From Candidatus Heimdallarchaeota archaeon (GTDB lineage Archaea; Asgardarchaeota; Heimdallarchaeia; Hodarchaeales; Hodarchaeaceae), in the NCBI GenBank assembly GCA_020353515.1, contig CP070695.1, positions 151,234-172,989 on the forward strand: 21,756 bases of DNA, in the 5' to 3' direction. The translations under genes were made by a program, and so were the position numbers. This document shows, in pieces, positions 1-7,884 of this stretch. The stretch's first letter is position 1; the number at the start of each line of letters is the position of its first letter. Below the pieces are notes generated by a model. The model worked only from the letters and a program-made list of their open reading frames with translations, was not told where the DNA came from and searched no databases.

Positions 1-1
1 T

Positions 2-553
2 TTATCCAAAATTTTTAGAAGACACCCAATTAACGTATATGAACATGGCGGCTTTGAACCAGACGAGAAATATAATTGGGACGGAAAACCTGGATGGCTG
101 GATATATGCATAGAATTGCCCCCGCTTCCAATAGACATTTGGTATAGTATTAGAGAAATAATAAGTTGGATTTGGGAATTCCGTTCGTTTCCAAGAGAAA
201 TGATGAATTATTTTCCAGGTTTTCATTCCCGATGGATATTCACTGTGCTACCTTATCATGATATATTAAATGAAATGTCCTTGGAAGATGCTCATACTAT
301 GCTCTATTCTAAAATACCAAAACTTCATACGAAAGATTTCCTTTTGAAAATTGAAAATCCAAATTTTCATCGAGAGTTGTCTGATAATTTGGACGAATGG
401 ATTGGATCAAATCCTATTGTAGAATTCGACAACATATATACAGCAAAAGAATTTTTCACCAGAGACGATGTAATCAAATACACAAAACTTTGGATTCGTA
501 AGTGGTATCCCAAACTAAATAATAGAAAAATTCAATGGAAAGAAATTAAATGA
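2..553 (+). CDS. hypothetical protein, 5'-truncated by the window edge
   Basis: Frame 2 is open from nt 2 (LSKIFRRHPINVYEHGG...) through the ORF-track TTG at 116 to TGA at 551-553, which overlaps the next ATG (ATGA). Confidence 0.7.
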   Translation, partial: LSKIFRRHPINVYEHGGFEPDEKYNWDGKPGWLDICIELPPLPIDIWYSIREIISWIWEFRSFPREMMNYFPGFHSRWIFTVLPYHDILNEMSLEDAHTMLYSKIPKLHTKDFLLKIENPNFHRELSDNLDEWIGSNPIVEFDNIYTAKEFFTRDDVIKYTKLWIRKWYPKLNNRKIQWKEIK

Positions 554-828
554 ACTTTGTTAAATTTGACTGTGGATGTTGTGGGATAATTCCAGATCAC
601 TCTAGTAATCCAATACGTTACGTAGAAGCAGGAGCAAAAACATTAATTTTTCATCACTGTGATAATGACGATGGCATGAGGGATTATCATATCTGTCAAA
701 GAAACATGCTTGACAAAGAATGGACCACTTTGAAAGAAGATGAAATTCTAAAAGTTCTAAACTCTTTTGGAAAACTGATCATAGATGGATATAAATTCAG
801 GGAATTAAAGCTTTTATTGAAAGATTAG
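550..828 (+). CDS. hypothetical protein
   Basis: 92-aa ORF with ATGA overlap to the upstream gene; FDCGCCG and HHCD are possible metal ligands. Confidence 0.7.
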   Translation: MNFVKFDCGCCGIIPDHSSNPIRYVEAGAKTLIFHHCDNDDGMRDYHICQRNMLDKEWTTLKEDEILKVLNSFGKLIIDGYKFRELKLLLKD

Positions 829-832
829 TATA

Positions 833-1009
833 ATGGAAAATAGAGATATTACAATAGACAATGACAAATTTAATAATTTAAATAATAAATGTTCAGGCTG
901 CGGACACCCCATGCCATTACCCAGCTTTCATGGAAAATACTGTCCTAAATGTGGTGAACCAACTATGCCCAATGCTCGATATTGTATAGAGTGTGGCAAT
1001 AAGCTATAG
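833..1009 (+). CDS. small zinc-ribbon protein (double zinc ribbon-like), not in the ORF track
   Basis: ATG 833 to TAG 1009, 58 aa: MENRDITIDNDKFNNLNNKCSGCGHPMPLPSFHGKYCPKCGEPTMPNARYCIECGNKL. Three CxxC motifs; exactly fills the gap between neighbours. Confidence 0.75.
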   Translation: MENRDITIDNDKFNNLNNKCSGCGHPMPLPSFHGKYCPKCGEPTMPNARYCIECGNKL

Positions 1010-1017
1010 GAATTAAA

Positions 1018-1554
1018 ATGCACAATAAAAATTGCAATTGCTGTACCGACAGAAGGCCAGGACATTTTTACCGCAATCGATCATACAGGTATAACCATCT
1101 GACAGGAAAAGCTAGAGAATGGGCTATAAAAAACAGTTTCCCGTTATCTGAAAGAACTGTTCCCGTCAAGGGCGGTAAAAAATTTGGTGGCCCAGATTGG
1201 ATTAAAAATAAGTGCGGCGATGGGAGGATGGGGTTTCAAACGAGAAATTCCAACGCCAACGAAGTTCGTATCGAAATTGGATTGGATGGACAATTTAAAA
1301 AAGTACACCGTTCTATAATTAAGCCCAAATCCGCTAGGGCGGCGACTGGTCGTAGGCCACGCAGGGTAGATGGTAGTAAATTTTGTTTGGTTTCGAAAAG
1401 TCAAATTGCTGAATCTAAATTTACCAAACAAGCGCAAGTTGCTAGGAAAAAATTACTGAGAATGAAAAATAAATCCAGACAAACGTTGAGTAGGAAAGAA
1501 AGAATCGGTAGGGAAAACACAATCGACACATTAAGATTGATATCAATTTATTAA
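1018..1554 (+). CDS. highly basic Lys/Arg-rich hypothetical protein, possibly nucleic-acid binding
   Basis: 178-aa ORF with AGGA upstream and K/R-rich composition. Confidence 0.65.
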   Translation: MHNKNCNCCTDRRPGHFYRNRSYRYNHLTGKAREWAIKNSFPLSERTVPVKGGKKFGGPDWIKNKCGDGRMGFQTRNSNANEVRIEIGLDGQFKKVHRSIIKPKSARAATGRRPRRVDGSKFCLVSKSQIAESKFTKQAQVARKKLLRMKNKSRQTLSRKERIGRENTIDTLRLISIY

Positions 1555-1577
1555 GAATTTGATGTAAGGTATTATAT

Positions 1578-2225
1578 ATGGAAAAAATATTTTTAAGTGT
1601 GGATTTTGACTGGTTTAATGATCAAAAAAATCCAACCAACTCTCTATTGGATTTATTGAAATTAATCCCATCAGATATACCACATTCAATAACAATTGAG
1701 CATCATGAATTTCTACCATTCATGAAACAATGGGTGGAATATGGTATTATATCACTGCCATTTGATATAATTAATATAGATGAACACCATGATTATTATA
1801 CATGTGAACCACCATATCACCCTGGAGGGACAGAAACTCACTGCGGGAACTGGGGTTTTCGTATTCCTCTTGAATGGTATAATAAAATGATTTGGGTAAG
1901 AAATAGTTTTTCAGAAGTCGATGGTGAGTGGGGGTCTGCCGAAGAATGGTTGATTTCAAATAACATTTCATATACAGTCGATACGAAATATTATCCTTTT
2001 GTAAACAATGAAAAAATAATCGCTTGTATATTTAGTGTATCTCCAAATTACATTGCTGAGGCAGTTTATCAAAATATTGAAGAAATGATACGACTTACTG
2101 CGAATCATTTTGGATCAAAAATTGTTCCACAATCTAAAGATAAATGTACGTCAAGGTATCCAGCGGATTGGAAAATGACCCAGTACAGTAGAATAAAACA
2201 ACCTAGGGATTTATCTTATGTCTAA
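1578..2225 (+). CDS. arginase/UPF0489-like metal-dependent hydrolase with permuted motif order
   Basis: Motifs LSVDFDWF (N-terminal), EHHEF and IINIDEHHD resemble the ureohydrolase SxDxD and DxHxD metal-binding motifs. Confidence 0.55.
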   Translation: MEKIFLSVDFDWFNDQKNPTNSLLDLLKLIPSDIPHSITIEHHEFLPFMKQWVEYGIISLPFDIINIDEHHDYYTCEPPYHPGGTETHCGNWGFRIPLEWYNKMIWVRNSFSEVDGEWGSAEEWLISNNISYTVDTKYYPFVNNEKIIACIFSVSPNYIAEAVYQNIEEMIRLTANHFGSKIVPQSKDKCTSRYPADWKMTQYSRIKQPRDLSYV

Positions 2226-2415
2226 TCAAGAAATGTTGTCAGGCAAATTAGAAGCGTTAGTCAATAAATATGGTGGAGACTTAGAAATTATTAACCATTT
2301 AGATGAACTGCCAAAAACGATAAAAAAATTTATATACGGGTCTGAGAAACTAATGATAAGGTTCGGCTTAGTTTGTAAAATAGAAATTTACATTGATACT
2401 GGAGAAAATATATGA
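2218..2415 (+). CDS. hypothetical protein
   Basis: 65-aa ORF overlapping both neighbours. Confidence 0.6.
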   Translation: MSNQEMLSGKLEALVNKYGGDLEIINHLDELPKTIKKFIYGSEKLMIRFGLVCKIEIYIDTGENI

Positions 2416-2585
2416 CAATAGAATTAGATCACAGAGAAAGAAAAATTATAACAATCGCTCTATACATACTAGAATCTCAACTATACGGAGATGAACTTAA
2501 TCATGAATTGGAGAATGAACTAGGATCAACCGAACCGGATGAAGTAAGAAATATTATGAATAAATTGAGTAATGGAACCGTATAA
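2412..2585 (+). CDS. hypothetical protein, not in the ORF track
   Basis: GGAG SD at 2401, ATG 2412 overlapping the upstream TGA, TAA 2583-2585; 57 aa, MTIELDHRERKIITIALYILESQL... Confidence 0.65.
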   Translation: MTIELDHRERKIITIALYILESQLYGDELNHELENELGSTEPDEVRNIMNKLSNGTV

Positions 2586-2605
2586 TTATTGAGAGGAATA
2601 ACAAT

Positions 2606-3025
2606 ATGTGTGCAATAAATGATCCACTCGAATTAGTTAAAATAAAGAGTGGTAAGCGAACAATAACTGCGTACAAGATAATACGTAAGAATGGTCGACC
2701 ATTTTATCGTTCGTCACTTCAACCATACGGTCCAGGATTATGTCGTGTACCAGAAATGCCAAACAAATACGATGTAGACCCATTTTCTGGTAACACACGA
2801 GGAATACACGCCTATTTGAGAAAAGTAGATGCTAAAAGTGAACAAAAACGTACCCATAGACCATCAAGAATTATAAAAATAAAAATAAAACCAGAGCACG
2901 TTGTTGTTCTCGAAAATGCCTATTGTAATCCCAGACAAATTGTTGCCTCTCAAATTGAAATCACACAGAAAGATTGGAATGAAGCTGGATTTCCACATAG
3001 AGTAACAAAACAAAGATTAATATAA
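2606..3025 (+). CDS. hypothetical phage-type protein
   Basis: GAGG SD; ITAYK...GIHAY pattern that I recall from phage hypothetical proteins (not verified). Confidence 0.65.
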   Translation: MCAINDPLELVKIKSGKRTITAYKIIRKNGRPFYRSSLQPYGPGLCRVPEMPNKYDVDPFSGNTRGIHAYLRKVDAKSEQKRTHRPSRIIKIKIKPEHVVVLENAYCNPRQIVASQIEITQKDWNEAGFPHRVTKQRLI

Positions 3026-3059
3026 ATTGATTTAAAATTCAAAGTATTGGATTGATGAA

Positions 3060-3329
3060 ATGAACATAGTAACGATACAACCAACAGAATTCAAAAATGT
3101 CAGAACCGGTGAAATAACCTATGGATTCCGTATGTATGACGATCATGGTCAGACATATGATAATACATGGGAAACTATTCCGGATGACGATATGGAAGTA
3201 TTATCACTTATCATGGAATCTAGTGATAAAGAGACTGAAGAAATGATTGACGATACAATTGGTACTGGATTGTATATAGGTAACGAATGGTATCCATGGA
3301 AAGAAATTGAACATCTTTGGGATTATTAA
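3060..3329 (+). CDS. acidic hypothetical protein
   Basis: 89-aa ORF in the co-directional array. Confidence 0.65.
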   Translation: MNIVTIQPTEFKNVRTGEITYGFRMYDDHGQTYDNTWETIPDDDMEVLSLIMESSDKETEEMIDDTIGTGLYIGNEWYPWKEIEHLWDY

Positions 3330-3332
3330 ATA

Positions 3333-3767
3333 ATGCAAACATTCCTCCCGCATCCAAACTTTGAGCAATCCATTAGGTGTCTTGATTGGAGGCGCCTCGG
3401 AAACCAAAGAAGAGAAGCATTGCAAATCTTCAATGTCGTGTCTGGCATAAATCCAAATAGCAGATGGCGAAATCATCCGGCGGTTAAGATGTGGATGGGC
3501 TATGCTGGCGCAATAGCACATTATATGAATCTGTGTATTGAAGAGTGGATTAGACGTGGCTATAATAATAATATGCATATTCACCCATTAGATGTATATA
3601 AGATGCAATATCCACCGTGGCTTGGCACCGAGGTACTACACGCTTCTCACAGGTCAAATCTTTTAAGAAAAGACCCAGTGTGGTATGGTCAGTTCGGATG
3701 GACCGAATCAGACTATCTACCGTACTATTGGCCAACGCATAATATTAGCGAGAACAATAATCTTTAA
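3333..3767 (+). CDS. pyrimidine dimer DNA glycosylase / T4 endonuclease V-like protein (MSMEG_6728-like family)
   Basis: Characteristic MQTFLP...LDWRRLGNQRREALQI, HPAVKMWMGY, PPWLG...HASHRSNLLRKDP and YYWP motifs. Confidence 0.85.
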   Translation: MQTFLPHPNFEQSIRCLDWRRLGNQRREALQIFNVVSGINPNSRWRNHPAVKMWMGYAGAIAHYMNLCIEEWIRRGYNNNMHIHPLDVYKMQYPPWLGTEVLHASHRSNLLRKDPVWYGQFGWTESDYLPYYWPTHNISENNNL

Positions 3768-3796
3768 ACTACGACGATATATTTAAGGAGTATATA

Positions 3797-4051
3797 ATGC
3801 AACTAAAACTTTTTGAACGTAGAACAGCTACTAAATTAATTGATGGTCAGGAAGAGTGCGAAAATCATTGTGTTTACTGTGGCGCAAAAAATTCTGTTCA
3901 ACAAACAAATGTACTTAATATTTTACGTCCGAACACCCATATGCTTAAGGATGATAAAGGAAACCTTATGATGGAACAAGATGTATATTGTAAAAATTGT
4001 AACAAAACATGGGTAGATGTTTTCTGTAAAACCTATGATACGGGGAAATAA
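3797..4051 (+). CDS. zinc-ribbon protein
   Basis: AAGGAG SD; CVYC and CKNC pairs. Confidence 0.7.
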   Translation: MQLKLFERRTATKLIDGQEECENHCVYCGAKNSVQQTNVLNILRPNTHMLKDDKGNLMMEQDVYCKNCNKTWVDVFCKTYDTGK

Positions 4052-4244
4052 TTTGTCGTCACAACAAACTTTTAAAAAAGAATTAATCAGACGAATTCGG
4101 GAAAAAGCGTTGGATTTAGAATGGGAAAACTACAAAAAATTACTTGACGAATTTAATGTTCTATCTCTGTCTGTTAAGATATTGGGGGATTTGCCACTGG
4201 ATAAACTCCAAGAAATGGATATTTCTATTAAATTCGACAAATAA
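4035..4244 (+). CDS. hypothetical protein
   Basis: ORF-track 4017..4244; ATG 4035 (MIRGNN) chosen for smaller overlap, start uncertain. Confidence 0.55.
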   Translation: MIRGNNLSSQQTFKKELIRRIREKALDLEWENYKKLLDEFNVLSLSVKILGDLPLDKLQEMDISIKFDK

Positions 4245-4255
4245 AAAGTAAAGAA

Positions 4256-4504
4256 ATGAACTTTAATTTATTTAAAAAAATTAATGTAACTTTAGTAAGT
4301 AATGAGATTGACTTTCCAAAGCGTATATCAACAATAGAGAACACCACACTTAAAAATTTTTTTAATATATATTTAAATATGTGTATTGACAGTTATGTTA
4401 TACGTATTAAGACAAATAATACAACGATAACTGGCCGTAATGATTATATTATAAAAGATGGAGATTTAATAAGTATTGTCCCCAAATTAGTTCAAGCGTG
4501 TTAA
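4256..4504 (+). CDS. ubiquitin-like beta-grasp protein, paralog of 8997-9242, lacking the C-terminal Gly-Gly
   Basis: Colinear matches to the 8997 Ubl: INVTLVSNE/IEVTLVSND, TTLKNFF/VTLEDFL, VIRIKTNNT/TVRVRSNGT, DYIIKDGDLISIVPK/DYILQHGDRVSVAPK. Ends LVQAC. Confidence 0.8.
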   Translation: MNFNLFKKINVTLVSNEIDFPKRISTIENTTLKNFFNIYLNMCIDSYVIRIKTNNTTITGRNDYIIKDGDLISIVPKLVQAC

Positions 4505-4527
4505 TTTAAACTGAGAAAGGTAAAATC

Positions 4528-5061
4528 GTGAATCAAAAACAACGAGATTTATTAACCACAATGATAAAAGCAAAAACAGAAAAAATAGTTCAACAACTCA
4601 ATATCACATATCCATCATATCAGAAAGATACATCATACTACGGAGGGCAAAAGGGAATTGAAATTATTGTTTGTCAAAACCCAGATATTGTAGAAAATAT
4701 TAAACCGGTTGATAGAAAACGATATAATCAACTTAAATTTCGTAATAAAAAATTACTGGAAGAATTAGATGCAATAAAAACAATACGTAGTAAAGCAGTT
4801 ACTAAAGCACAAGAAGAATACGAAGAAAAAAGTGCGCAAATTGAAAAGGTTCGCCAAGAAAACGATGGTGAATGGAATCAATTGTTCGATTCTGTCGTAG
4901 AATTCTGTAATCAAAAAGAAATATCAAAACAATCGGCAATTCAAAAATTAAATGAAGCCATGGAAGATGCGATATTACAAATTCAATTCGCAGAAAGTGC
5001 AGAAGAAGCAAAGTCCATACTTGAAAGTCTTCCAACAGTTGAAGAACTGATGTCATGTTAG
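4528..5061 (+). CDS. coiled-coil hypothetical protein
   Basis: GTG start with AAAGG upstream; long K/E/Q-rich helical stretches. Confidence 0.7.
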   Translation: MNQKQRDLLTTMIKAKTEKIVQQLNITYPSYQKDTSYYGGQKGIEIIVCQNPDIVENIKPVDRKRYNQLKFRNKKLLEELDAIKTIRSKAVTKAQEEYEEKSAQIEKVRQENDGEWNQLFDSVVEFCNQKEISKQSAIQKLNEAMEDAILQIQFAESAEEAKSILESLPTVEELMSC

Positions 5062-5324
5062 ATGGATATTTAACTACCACCAAACACGGATGGTTACCAC
5101 ATACAATCATTTATTCACAAATAGACCCAGATAAATATCCGGGGATAGCACAACAACTCAGAAGATTAAGATATTTCCCCGTTAAATATAATTGGCTACA
5201 TATTCCGTCTCGCAAGTCTGGCGAATCAATCGTATGGGTTATAACAGATAAACATGCCCATTTATTAGTAGAATTTTGGAACCGTAGTGGCGGCACTGAA
5301 TGGAAATATTGGTTAGCAGAATAG
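5055..5324 (+). CDS. hypothetical protein (WN..WKYW type)
   Basis: 89-aa ORF overlapping the upstream stop; paralogous to the downstream ORF 5350-5478. Confidence 0.7.
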   Translation: MLDGYLTTTKHGWLPHTIIYSQIDPDKYPGIAQQLRRLRYFPVKYNWLHIPSRKSGESIVWVITDKHAHLLVEFWNRSGGTEWKYWLAE

Positions 5325-5349
5325 AGGATTCGAACCAATAATATTTCAT

Positions 5350-5478
5350 ATGTTAAAAATAAATAGTAACTTACATACTACAGGAACACTTTGGGTTTAC
5401 TTAAAAGTTCATGCTGTGTTTATTATGGATGCATGGAATAAATTGGATTATGATGGTTGGAAATATTGGACAGATTAA
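5350..5478 (+). CDS. short tandem paralog of 5055-5324, possibly a 5'-truncated remnant; not in the ORF track
   Basis: MLKINSNLHTTGTLWVYLKVHAVFIMDAWNKLDYDGWKYWTD aligns without gaps to WLHIPSRKSGESIVWVITDKHAHLLVEFWNRSGGTEWKYWLA. Confidence 0.55.
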   Translation: MLKINSNLHTTGTLWVYLKVHAVFIMDAWNKLDYDGWKYWTD

Positions 5479-5481
5479 ATT

Positions 5482-5553
5482 GCTCCCGTAGTTTAAGGGC
5501 AGAACGCTGGGCCTTCAACCCAGAGGCGCTCGGTTCGAATCCGACCGGGAGCA
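5482..5553 (+). tRNA. tRNA-Glu (anticodon UUC), atypical C33, CCA not encoded
   Basis: Acceptor stem GCTCCCG (5482-88)/CGGGAGC (5546-52); D stem GTTT/GAAC; anticodon stem CTGGG/CCCAG with loop CCTTCAA; T arm TCGG-TTCGAAT-CCGA; discriminator A5553. Confidence 0.85.
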
Positions 5554-5574
5554 TTTTATTAATTGGAGAAGAAC

Positions 5575-5769
5575 ATGGCGACCAATCTAAATAAAGTAGA
5601 AATATGTGAGCGCGACAATAAATATTATTTACGTATTGTATTGAAAGACCCAGTTTACGGATACATACGCTTGTACTCAGATCGTGGTTCATTACATGAA
5701 ATGGATTGTCGAGCAATAGCTGTTGCAAGAATATTAGGATTAGAACGCGATAATCTTCCTGTTCACTAA
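5575..5769 (+). CDS. hypothetical protein
   Basis: GGAG SD at 5565 supports ATG 5575 (MATNLNK) over the ORF-track start at 5563. Confidence 0.65.
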   Translation: MATNLNKVEICERDNKYYLRIVLKDPVYGYIRLYSDRGSLHEMDCRAIAVARILGLERDNLPVH

Positions 5770-5851
5770 TATTTTGCGCTTTGGCGATTTTTATCCATCC
5801 CTATAAGCCAATTTATTGTATGTAAAATCAGTTATATTTAAGGAGAATGTA

Positions 5852-6136
5852 ATGACAGAATTTAAAATTGGAGATAGAATAAAAACTATCGAAAGCATAA
5901 CGTTTGTGAGTGGAGAAATTCTTCCGGTTGGAGAAAGGGGAGTTATTAATTATATTTTTCAAAATGTGTCGGGAAGCGGCGAAAGTTTTGTTAAGGCAAT
6001 TTTCGATTTTTTTGACAGCGAATGTGTCATTCCAATAAAAAGTATACAATTATTAAAGAAAAGTATTATTATGCCAGACGAGCAAGAGTTGAGGCGCAGA
6101 AGGGATAAAGCGATGAGAGAAGCTTTGGGATTCTAA
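5852..6136 (+). CDS. hypothetical protein with an SH3/KOW-like N-terminus
   Basis: AGGAG SD at 5841, ATG 5852; FKIGDRIK...GERGVI pattern typical of small beta-barrels. Confidence 0.65.
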   Translation: MTEFKIGDRIKTIESITFVSGEILPVGERGVINYIFQNVSGSGESFVKAIFDFFDSECVIPIKSIQLLKKSIIMPDEQELRRRRDKAMREALGF

Positions 6137-6151
6137 TATAGGAGATTTATT

Positions 6152-6628
6152 ATGAACAAAGAAATTATGCTTCAAATAGTAGAAGAATTTAAAAGAATGC
6201 CAAAAGAGGTATTAGATTTTGACCATTGGTATCTGGAAGAGAATGGGAAAACTACAATGTGTCCAATCGGGTGGCACATTTTTAATCATCCAGAACTAAT
6301 TGAAAAACTTAATAAGAACTTCTATGAAGCGATAACAATAAGTGAATCAACACGTCTTGGTAAAATCAGAAGGTCTATTATGTGGGTTAGCGGTTATGAT
6401 TTTGCCAAATATCTTGATATTCAAACTTATGAATACTATTATTTATTTGATGATCAATGCAACGTAAAAGATTTTTTCAATAATATAGAAGCCTTTATCA
6501 ACGGAAAGATAGAAATTAGAGAATGTATAGCAGATCATTGCAACTGTGCTTTCGAAACAACTCCAGATGATAAATGTGAGGTTTGTCCGGATTGTAAAAA
6601 TTATATGTTACAGTTATTGGACATGTAA
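6152..6628 (+). CDS. hypothetical protein with a C-terminal Zn-finger-like motif
   Basis: AGGAG SD; C-terminal CIADHCNC...CPDC. Confidence 0.7.
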   Translation: MNKEIMLQIVEEFKRMPKEVLDFDHWYLEENGKTTMCPIGWHIFNHPELIEKLNKNFYEAITISESTRLGKIRRSIMWVSGYDFAKYLDIQTYEYYYLFDDQCNVKDFFNNIEAFINGKIEIRECIADHCNCAFETTPDDKCEVCPDCKNYMLQLLDM

Positions 6629-6629
6629 G

Positions 6630-6806
6630 ATGGGAAGATTTTTATTTAATCAAGAACGAACAACTAATCTAGAAGCAGTCTTATTAGCGATACCAAATCT
6701 CCTAGAAAGTATTGTGATCATCTTAACTCTTGGATTCTGGCGTCCAAGCTGGGGATTTGGCGCTGCTGTCAAATTGATGGAATTAAAATTTCCAGACGAT
6801 GAATAA
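6630..6806 (+). CDS. small putative membrane protein
   Basis: ATG 6630 directly after the upstream TAA; hydrophobic segment VLLAIPNLLESIVIILTLGFW. Confidence 0.6.
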   Translation: MGRFLFNQERTTNLEAVLLAIPNLLESIVIILTLGFWRPSWGFGAAVKLMELKFPDDE

Positions 6807-6855
6807 TAAAATATGGAGTTAATTAATAAATATTGCATAGTTATGGAGATAAAAA

Positions 6856-7074
6856 ATGAAAATAACAAAGGAGGGTGCTAGTCAAGCTGGGGCCTTTAGT
6901 AATCAATACTTTTGGACAGATGACCAACTAAGACAAGTAATTATATTTGAAACTTTAGTAGTTGCCTTTCTTGAAGGGAAGGGGTGTAAGTGGGATTTAG
7001 CAAGATCACCTCTCAGTGCTGAATTGGATAGATTCAAAGATATGTTGAAACAAAGACAAGAAGATGATAAATAG
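6856..7074 (+). CDS. hypothetical protein
   Basis: GGAG SD, 72 aa. Confidence 0.65.
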   Translation: MKITKEGASQAGAFSNQYFWTDDQLRQVIIFETLVVAFLEGKGCKWDLARSPLSAELDRFKDMLKQRQEDDK

Positions 7075-7180
7075 AGAAAAAGCTAGGGAGATGTGAGGAA
7101 AAAATTGAGTTAGATGGTGGTTGAAATTACGAAGGACAGGGTAATGCCGATGATTCATGTTTTAAGAAAGGCATCAAAAA

Positions 7181-7330
7181 ATGAAATAGCATGACATAGG
7201 TGGAATTATTGAACCGCCAGACAAAGAAGGTACAATAAGAAGAAAAGACATATACGGTAATTTAGAAGAAATTCGCAGACCTGGTGATAATAATTATGGA
7301 GAATGGCGAACACTATTTGGTGATTTATAA
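7181..7330 (+). pseudogene. small ORF interrupted by TAG at codon 3
   Basis: Reads ATG AAA TAG CAT GAC ATA GGT..., then an open protein-like frame [46 protein letters not shown] to TAA 7328-7330. Lies in the largest apparent intergenic gap. Confidence 0.4.
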
Positions 7331-7389
7331 TATAATAGTATATCAAATTGCGGTCAATTGAATTAGAATTAATGGATAATGGATGAAAA

Positions 7390-7590
7390 ATGAGAAAAAT
7401 TACATATGAACAAGCGGAGGAAGAGTTGCACGAATTTATTAGAACATGCGATATTAGTGACTTAGCCGCTATATATGAATATGCTTTCGGTAATACTTGG
7501 TACCATGTTGTTAAAAAATGTGAAGAATCTACTGACGAAGATTGTTTAATTATAGAATATTATGATGGATTGGAAGAATATGAAGATTAA
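7390..7590 (+). CDS. acidic hypothetical protein
   Basis: 66-aa ORF with GGA upstream. Confidence 0.65.
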   Translation: MRKITYEQAEEELHEFIRTCDISDLAAIYEYAFGNTWYHVVKKCEESTDEDCLIIEYYDGLEEYED

Positions 7591-7834
7591 TTTTCCTATA
7601 AGAGATATTGTAATAGAACTAGGTCAACCAGACCCCGATAATCCTGGGGCATTTTTGGGGGGCAAAATAATATCTGGGGGCCTGAATGAAGATGATTGTT
7701 ATAATTATATCAATTATTACATGATGGACGCCATAGAATCTGTAATACTAGCACACGCATGCGCAGGAATTGATATAATAAACCCTGCATACTTGAAAGG
7801 TATAAAAACTGTTGTTGATGCGCACACAAATTAA
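7580..7834 (+). CDS. conserved hypothetical protein (DAIESVILAHACAGIDI..PAY motif)
   Basis: ATG 7580 (MKINFPIRD) preferred over 7562; motif recalled from phage/MGE hypothetical proteins, not verified. Confidence 0.65.
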   Translation: MKINFPIRDIVIELGQPDPDNPGAFLGGKIISGGLNEDDCYNYINYYMMDAIESVILAHACAGIDIINPAYLKGIKTVVDAHTN

Positions 7835-7884
7835 AAGAAATTGAGGACAGAACAGATAATTTCAATAATATGGAGTTGGAATAA

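Noticed and set aside
5507-5523. Reading the tRNA as a UCA (opal suppressor, Trp or Sec) tRNA
   Set aside because: The shifted register breaks the anticodon stem, there is no long variable arm, and TGA is used as a normal stop in ATGA overlaps.
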